From contig JBBEAN010000015.1 of NCBI GenBank assembly GCA_040882865.1, positions 107,402 to 171,401 on the forward strand: DNA of 64,000 nucleotides, in the 5' to 3' direction. Shown here in pieces: positions 58,208 to 64,000 of the stretch (within the stretch, counting starts at the first letter, position 1; each line of letters starts with the position of its first letter). Below the pieces are notes generated by a model, which saw nothing but the letters and a program-made list of their open reading frames with translations, did not search any database and had not been told where the DNA came from. The translations under genes and the position numbers were made by a program. This DNA is from Gammaproteobacteria bacterium (GTDB lineage Bacteria; Pseudomonadota; Gammaproteobacteria; Natronospirales; JAIVGZ01).

Positions 58208-59571
58208 GCGAGTCCCCTCACCGCTTCGGCAAACACGCGTCCGCGAGCTTCGAAATTTTCGAACTGGTCAAGGCTCGAGCACGCGGGCGACAACAGCACG
58301 AGGTCGCCGGGGATGGCAGCGCGAGATGCCGCACGCACCGCGGACGGCATGTCTTCTGCAGCGGTGTGCGGTACGCCGGCCGCCGCGAGCGCCTGCGCAA
58401 TCCGCGGACTGTCACGACCGACGACGATGGCCGTGCGCACGCGCCCGCGGAGCGCCGCAGCGAGCGGCCCGAAATCCTGGCCTTTTCCGTCACCACCGAG
58501 AATAACGACGAACTGCGTTTGCAGGCCCGAGACGGCGGCGATCGTCGCGCCCACATTCGTCGCCTTCGAGTCGTTGTAATACTGCACGCCGGTGACTTCC
58601 GCCACCCACTCCATTCTGTGGGGCAAGCCTCGGAATGACGCAAGGACCGCGAGCATCGGCGCGTCCGTGAGACCGGCTGCGGTCCCGAGAGCGAGCGCGG
58701 CCAGCGCGTTCGCGACATTGTGTCGCCCGGCGATGCGCAGCGCGGATTGCGGTAGCAGCCGAACGTGACCGCGGCTCAGCCACGGCTCGCCGTCGTGCTC
58801 TATCAATCCGTAGTCGTCGGCGCCGCGCGGCGCGCCGAGGCTGAACCATCGGACGATGCGTCCGTCAGGGACTGCGGCCCGCACGCGTTCATCGTCATAG
58901 TTCGCGATGACGACGCCGTGACCGCGCCATACGCGTGCCTTCGCGGCGAGGTAATCGTGTAAATCGTCATACCGGTCAAGGTGATCGGCGGACAGATTCA
59001 GCAAGGCCGCAGCCGCGGCATCGAGGCTGCTCGTCGTCTCGAGCTGGAAGCTCGAGAGTTCCAACGTATACAGAGCAGGCTCACCGTCGCCGAGCAAGTC
59101 GAGTGCAGGCGTCCCCAGATTGCCGCCCACGCGCGCGGAGACGCCCGCACGCTCCGCCATGACGCCGACGAGCGTCGTCACGGTGCTCTTTCCGTTCGAG
59201 CCGGTGACGGCGACAACCGGGGCGCGCGCGTGGCGCGCGAATAATTCGATGTCGCCAACCACAGGGATGCCCGCGGCAAGCGCCTGCTGCACGAATGGAT
59301 CCGCGCGCGGCACGCCCGGCGACAAGACGACCAGATCCGATCGATCGAGTGCTGCGACCGAGAAACCGCCGAGAAATAGTGCGGCATCGGGTACGTGCTC
59401 ACGCAGTGCATCGACTTTCGGCGGCCGCGCTCGGCTGTCGGTCACCGCGACCGAGACGCCGCGCGCTGACAACCAACGGGCCGCCGAAAGCCCGGTCGCG
59501 CCGAGCCCGACGACGAGCGCACGCCGCGCGTCGTCCACGCCGTCCCGTTTCCGTTGCGCTTGCGTTTGCAT
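58204..59571 (-). CDS. murD: UDP-N-acetylmuramoylalanine--D-glutamate ligase
   Basis: Start MQTQAQRK at 59571, 2 nt after the mraY stop. VVGLGATGLS and GSNGKSTV motifs. Confidence 0.93.
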   Translation of the reverse strand: MQTQAQRKRDGVDDARRALVVGLGATGLSAARWLSARGVSVAVTDSRARPPKVDALREHVPDAALFLGGFSVAALDRSDLVVLSPGVPRADPFVQQALAAGIPVVGDIELFARHARAPVVAVTGSNGKSTVTTLVGVMAERAGVSARVGGNLGTPALDLLGDGEPALYTLELSSFQLETTSSLDAAAAALLNLSADHLDRYDDLHDYLAAKARVWRGHGVVIANYDDERVRAAVPDGRIVRWFSLGAPRGADDYGLIEHDGEPWLSRGHVRLLPQSALRIAGRHNVANALAALALGTAAGLTDAPMLAVLASFRGLPHRMEWVAEVTGVQYYNDSKATNVGATIAAVSGLQTQFVVILGGDGKGQDFGPLAAALRGRVRTAIVVGRDSPRIAQALAAAGVPHTAAEDMPSAVRAASRAAIPGDLVLLSPACSSLDQFENFEARGRVFAEAVRGLA

Positions 59572-59573
59572 GT

Positions 59574-60656
59574 TCACCGGAGCTTCAGCGTCGCGAGGCC
59601 GGCGAGGACGAGAATGACCGTGATGATCCAAAAGCGGACAATCACGCGCGGTTCCGGCCAACCCTTCAATTCATAGTGGTGGTGCAGCGGCGCCATACGG
59701 AAAATGCGCTTGCCAGTCAGCTTGAACGAGGCGACTTGCAGGATTACGGAAACGGTCTCGACCACGAATACGCCGCCCATGATCAGCAACACGATTTCCT
59801 GGCGCGCCACCACCGCGACCGTGCCGAGCGCTGCGCCAAGGGCGAGCGCACCGACGTCCCCCATGAACACTTGCGCGGGATACGTGTTGAACCAAAGGAA
59901 GCCAAGGCCAGCCCCGACCAGCGCGCCGCAGAAAACGACCATTTCTCCAACGCCGGGTACGTACGGAATCTGGAGGTACGCGGAGAAGTTCACGTGCCCG
60001 GTTGCGTAAGCGACGGCGCCAAGGCCGCCCGCGACCATGACCGATGGCAGGATGGCGAGGCCGTCGAGACCGTCGGTCAGGTTCACGGCATTGCTGGTGC
60101 CTACAATCACGAACCACGTCAGCGCGATGTACACAGGGCCGAGCGGGATGAGCACATTCTTGAAGAACGGCACGATGAATCCGGTTTCCGCCGGCGATTG
60201 AGCGGTGAAATACAGCGTCAGTGCCGCGACCAGTCCTGCGAGCGACTGCCAGAAGAACTTCCAGCGCGCAGGAAGCCCTTTGGGGTCTCGCAGCACGAGT
60301 TTTCGGTAATCATCCACCCAGCCAATTGCGCCGAACGCGGCGGTCACCCCAAGTACGACCCACACGAAGCGATTGTCGAGATCGGCCCACAGGAGCGTCG
60401 CAATCGCAATCGCGATGAGGATCAAGGCGCCGCCCATGGTCGGCGTGCCGGCCTTCTTCAAGTGCGTCTGCGGCCCGTCGTCACGGACGGTCTGCCCTAT
60501 TTGGTAGCGCGTGAGCCAACGAATCATCGCCGGGCCGAAAAGCAACGAGAACGCGAGCGCGGTCAATACACCCAGGATCGCGCGTAGCGTGAGGTACTGG
60601 AACACACGAAAGCCGCTGTGGTATTCGGTCAGGAATTCTGTGAGCCAGAGCAGCAT
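59574..60656 (-). CDS. mraY: phospho-N-acetylmuramoyl-pentapeptide transferase
   Basis: 360 aa with [17 protein letters not shown] and MAPLHHHYE motifs. Confidence 0.97.
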   Translation of the reverse strand: MLLWLTEFLTEYHSGFRVFQYLTLRAILGVLTALAFSLLFGPAMIRWLTRYQIGQTVRDDGPQTHLKKAGTPTMGGALILIAIAIATLLWADLDNRFVWVVLGVTAAFGAIGWVDDYRKLVLRDPKGLPARWKFFWQSLAGLVAALTLYFTAQSPAETGFIVPFFKNVLIPLGPVYIALTWFVIVGTSNAVNLTDGLDGLAILPSVMVAGGLGAVAYATGHVNFSAYLQIPYVPGVGEMVVFCGALVGAGLGFLWFNTYPAQVFMGDVGALALGAALGTVAVVARQEIVLLIMGGVFVVETVSVILQVASFKLTGKRIFRMAPLHHHYELKGWPEPRVIVRFWIITVILVLAGLATLKLR

Positions 60657-60657
60657 G

Positions 60658-62013
60658 TCAGCCTCCGTCCGCCGTCAGCGCCGCGACGACGCGTTCGAGC
60701 CGCATCGTCCGCGACCCCTTCACCAACACCGTGGTACCGCTGGCGAGTTCCCGAGCGACTGCGGCGGCGAGCGTATCCGCGTCGGAGAACTGTTCCCCGC
60801 CACCAAACGCCTCGGCCGCGGCGGCGGCGAGCGGACCGAGCGCGAACAGCCGGTCGATTCCTGCCGCACGCGCGTCGTGCCCCGCCTGAACGTGTAGTGC
60901 GATGGCGTCAGTACCGAGCTCGCCCATATCGCCGAGCACGAGCCACCGGCGACCGTCGAACCCTGCGACGACGTCGAGGGCCGCGCGCAGCGACGCCGGG
61001 TTTGCGTTATAGGTATCGTCGATGACCCGCGATCCACCGCGGCCTGGTCCCGCAAGCAGGCGCCCGCCCACGGGTTGGAATTCGGCAAGACCGGCGACGA
61101 CGTCGTCGAGCGTCGCGCCGGCGGCGACCGCCGCGGCGGCGGCTGCAAGCGCGTTGCGCACGTTGTGCAACCCGGGCACGGCGAGCGTGACTTCGCGCTT
61201 TTCGGCGTCGGCCTTGAGCGTGAAGACCTCGCCACCTGCTTCGTTCCTGCGCACCGACCGCGCGTCAGCGGTGAAGTCGGCCGCCGCATCGACGCCGAAT
61301 TCGACGCGCCGACAATGCGCTGCCATTCGACGCCATACATCGGCATAGCGGTCATCCGCATTGATGACCGCCCATCCGTCCGCGGGAAGCGATGCGAACA
61401 ATTCCCCTTTTGCACTTGCTACGCCGGCGATGTCGCCGAAGCCGGCGAGATGCGACGGCCCCGCGTTCGTCACGACGCCGACGGTGGGTCGCGCAATGCG
61501 CGACAGCGTGGCTATTTCGCCGTGATGATTGGCGCCCATCTCGATGACTGCGGCACCGTGCGACTCATTGAGCTCGAGCAGCGTGAGTGGCACGCCGATG
61601 TCGTTGTTCCGATTGCCGCGGGTCGCGAGCACCGCGCCGCGCCGCCGTAGAATGGCCGCCGTCATTTCCTTCACGGTCGTTTTACCATTGCTACCCGTGA
61701 TACCGACCACGGGGTACTTGAACGATGCACGTCGCACGCCTGCGAGCGCGCCGAGCGCCGCGCGAGTGTCAGCGACGATCACCTGTGACACGCGCGTACT
61801 GAGTTCACGTGCCACCAGTGCCCCGACTGCGCCTGCTTCGACGGCCGCAGCGACGAAATCATGCCCGTCGAAATTCGGGCCTGTCAGCGCGACGAAGAGC
61901 TGGGCGGGCCGCAACGCCCGTGTATCGGTACTCACCCCGTCGAACGCACGGTCGGCGCCCCGGAGCTGGCCGCCAACGGCATTCGCGACTGCAGAGAGCG
62001 TCGCCGGGGTCAT
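60658..62013 (-). CDS. murF: UDP-MurNAc-tripeptide--D-alanyl-D-alanine ligase
   Basis: 451 aa with the [10 protein letters not shown] motif. Position in the dcw cluster supports the call. Confidence 0.93.
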   Translation of the reverse strand: MTPATLSAVANAVGGQLRGADRAFDGVSTDTRALRPAQLFVALTGPNFDGHDFVAAAVEAGAVGALVARELSTRVSQVIVADTRAALGALAGVRRASFKYPVVGITGSNGKTTVKEMTAAILRRRGAVLATRGNRNNDIGVPLTLLELNESHGAAVIEMGANHHGEIATLSRIARPTVGVVTNAGPSHLAGFGDIAGVASAKGELFASLPADGWAVINADDRYADVWRRMAAHCRRVEFGVDAAADFTADARSVRRNEAGGEVFTLKADAEKREVTLAVPGLHNVRNALAAAAAAVAAGATLDDVVAGLAEFQPVGGRLLAGPGRGGSRVIDDTYNANPASLRAALDVVAGFDGRRWLVLGDMGELGTDAIALHVQAGHDARAAGIDRLFALGPLAAAAAEAFGGGEQFSDADTLAAAVARELASGTTVLVKGSRTMRLERVVAALTADGG

Positions 62014-63512
62014 CCGACTCGCCCCGCGAGTATCGACGCCACGGTCGCGCGGTCGCTGTAGACATGCACCCGAGCGCCGACCACTTGGTAATCCTCGTGG
62101 CCTTTGCCCGCGACGACCACGACGTCGCCGTCATCTGCCGCATCGATGGCCTCGCGGATTGCAGACGCGCGGTCGCGCTGTACTCGCCAACGCGCGGCCG
62201 CCGGGAAGCCCTCGACGATGCCGGCCACGATTTCATCCGGGTCCTCGCCGCGCGGGTTGTCGTCGGTCACGATCGACTCGTCCGCCCAGGCCGCGGCGAC
62301 CGCCGACATCAAGGCCCGCTTGCCACGGTCACGCTCTCCGCCACAGCCGAAGACGCACACGAGGCGTCCCGGTGCATGTGCGCGTGCAGCGCGTAACACC
62401 TGCTCGAGCGCGTCGGGCGTGTGCGCGTAATCCACGATGACGAGCGGTCCACCGGTACCACCGAACGCTTCCATCCGTCCGGGCACGGTCGGCACGACCG
62501 ACAACGCGTCAGCAGCCGTCGACGCGTCGTAGCCGAGTTCGAGGAGCACCGCGAGCGAGAGCGCGAGGTTGTCAGCGTTGAATCGACCCATCAACGCCGT
62601 TTCCACGCGCGTTTCGCCGACGTGGGTGTCGAATCCGATGCGCGACCCGCGAGCGCGGAAATCCAGATCCGTGATTTCGACAAAACGTGGCGCGCAGTCG
62701 CGCGGCGCAGGGCCGGGACCGCCAGCGGCGCCGACTGCAGTCGCATCCATCTGCCCGCCGAGCGCTCGCGCGAGCTGAAGCCCGTACGGGTCATCGGTGA
62801 AGAACACGCCCGCTGCGGTCTTCGGCAATTCGAACAGTCGACGTTTCGCGCGTCCATAGTGGGCGATGTCCGCGTGGTAATCGAGATGGTCGCGTGTAAG
62901 GTTCGTGAACACCGCAACGCGAAAGCGCACGGCATCCACGCGCGCCTGGTCCAGTGCATGCGATGACACCTCGATTGCCGCCGCTTCGGCACCGTCGTCG
63001 CGCAGTGCGCGTAGCAGGCGCTGCACGCTGACCGCGTCCGGCGTCGTCCGGTCGGCCGAAGCCAGATGACCCGGAAACCCATAGCCGATCGTGCCAAGGA
63101 CACCGCAGCGGCGGCCGAGACGCGCGAGCGCATTCGCGACGAGATGCGTGACGGAGGTCTTGCCATTGGTACCCGTTACGCCGATCACGTCGAGCGCCTG
63201 CGAAGGCGCGTCATAGAACCGCGCGGCGATTTCACCGGCGCGCGCGCGCAGGCGTTCGACTGCGTAGGCGGGGATCCCTGGCGGCACCGATGGCGCCGCC
63301 CGCCCCCCGGCGGGCTCCCAAGCGATGGAGTTCGCGCCGCGCTCGACAGCGTCGGTGGACCATTCGAGCCCGTGCGAGCGCCCGCCGGCACACGCGAGGA
63401 ACAGGTTGCCGGGTGCGACTTGCCGGTGGTCCATTGCGACCCCGGCGACCACGCGATCGTCGCCCGGCGAGACCGGCGCAAAGTCCTTGAGTAGCGCCGA
63501 CAGGTTCATCAT
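62010..63512 (-). CDS. murE: UDP-MurNAc-L-alanyl-D-glutamate--2,6-diaminopimelate ligase
   Basis: 500 aa with GVTGTNGKTS and the DNPR motif (TDDNPRGEDP). Confidence 0.95.
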   Translation of the reverse strand: MMNLSALLKDFAPVSPGDDRVVAGVAMDHRQVAPGNLFLACAGGRSHGLEWSTDAVERGANSIAWEPAGGRAAPSVPPGIPAYAVERLRARAGEIAARFYDAPSQALDVIGVTGTNGKTSVTHLVANALARLGRRCGVLGTIGYGFPGHLASADRTTPDAVSVQRLLRALRDDGAEAAAIEVSSHALDQARVDAVRFRVAVFTNLTRDHLDYHADIAHYGRAKRRLFELPKTAAGVFFTDDPYGLQLARALGGQMDATAVGAAGGPGPAPRDCAPRFVEITDLDFRARGSRIGFDTHVGETRVETALMGRFNADNLALSLAVLLELGYDASTAADALSVVPTVPGRMEAFGGTGGPLVIVDYAHTPDALEQVLRAARAHAPGRLVCVFGCGGERDRGKRALMSAVAAAWADESIVTDDNPRGEDPDEIVAGIVEGFPAAARWRVQRDRASAIREAIDAADDGDVVVVAGKGHEDYQVVGARVHVYSDRATVASILAGRVG

Positions 63513-64000
63513 GGCGTCCCGGCGGCAATGACCGGTAACGGAATCGTGTGCAATCCGTCCGGTGCGATGTCCAACAAACGTAGCGCGCCAGCGGCCACGC
63601 GACCGAAGACCGGCGCTGCCACTTCACCGCCGTAATAGCCGCCGCGCGTCGGCTCGTCGATCACGACCACAGCGACGATGCTCGGACGAGAGGCTGGCGC
63701 CATGCCGGCGAACACCGACAGGTGCCGGTCGAGTGCGTAGCCACCTCCTTCCGTCTTGCGTACGGTGCCGGTCTTGCCCGCGACGCGGTACCCGCGAACG
63801 CGCGCGCCCGTTGCGCTACCATCCGGCGCAAGCGCCGCTTCGAGCAGCAGGCGGAGGTCCCGGGCCGTCTCGGACGGCAGGACGCGGACGCCGGCTGCGG
63901 GTTCGTCACGGCGAACGAGCGTCACCGGGTACCGCATCCCGTCAGCCGCGATGACCGAATACGCTTGCGCGAGTTGCAAAGGCGTGACTGAAATTCCATA
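63509..64000 (-). CDS. ftsI: peptidoglycan D,D-transpeptidase FtsI (PBP3), C-terminal part; gene continues beyond position 64000
   Basis: Extending the 63979 ORF to the window edge gives YGISVTPLQLAQAYSVIAADG, followed by the KTGT motif (VAGKTGTVRK). ATGA-type overlap with murE. Confidence 0.85.
   Translation of the reverse strand, partial: YGISVTPLQLAQAYSVIAADGMRYPVTLVRRDEPAAGVRVLPSETARDLRLLLEAALAPDGSATGARVRGYRVAGKTGTVRKTEGGGYALDRHLSVFAGMAPASRPSIVAVVVIDEPTRGGYYGGEVAAPVFGRVAAGALRLLDIAPDGLHTIPLPVIAAGTP

Noticed and set aside
59295-60587. 430-aa ORF antisense to murD/mraY
   Set aside because: It spans two bona fide dcw genes on the other strand. Its Arg/His/Asp-rich composition has no motifs.

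Overview
High-GC, almost fully coding chromosomal segment of about 50 CDS. Gene content and synteny look gammaproteobacterial and Xanthomonadales-like: an acetylornithine-transcarbamylase arg cluster, then sucCD-pilSR-pilA-pilBCD-coaE-zapD. All calls come from motif recognition on the supplied translations and my own reading of junctions; no database search was possible.

Layout, left to right:
- 1-6015 (-): translationally coupled arginine operon argD-argF'-argB-argE-argH-argG.
- 6088-12379 (+): argR, followed 7 nt later by a HAD/beta-phosphoglucomutase-GH65 phosphorylase fusion, then usp, glk and a glycerol-kinase-like FGGY kinase.
- 12536-13813 (+): rhlE.
- 13755-25904: the least conserved stretch. 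It holds an M20D amidohydrolase, an uncharacterised HExxH lipoprotein, a GNAT, an APC permease, a secreted S8 protease, a Tat-signal aldo/keto reductase, an HD-GYP protein, a PQQ sugar dehydrogenase and a Wzy_C+TPR membrane protein.
- 25938-35411: clpB, a ZIP transporter, pgeF, rluD, bamD, nadE, sucDC.
- 35457-44251 (+): type IV pilus cluster pilS-pilR-pilA-pilB-pilC-pilD, then coaE and zapD.
- 44283-49367: mutT/thiE-like fusion, secA, an M23 peptidase and a DUF721/DciA-like gene.
- 49364-64000 (-): canonical dcw cluster, ftsI (partial)-murE-murF-mraY-murD-ftsW-murG-murC-ddl-ftsQ-ftsA-ftsZ-lpxC.

No rRNA, tRNA, CRISPR, IS, integrase, phage or toxin-like content was seen. I did not find a convincing self-contained novel system. 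The best follow-up candidates are:
- the argR-linked GH65/beta-PGM/usp/glk/glpK-like operon;
- the HExxH lipoprotein translationally coupled to an M20D amidohydrolase, inside a cluster of exported proteolysis and uptake genes;
- a near-consensus sigma-32 promoter abutting the clpB ATG, one of several start codons with a -10 element 6-7 nt upstream (possible leaderless mRNAs);
- a Wzy_C+TPR protein directly downstream of clpB.

Many long antisense ORFs in the track are GC-content artefacts.
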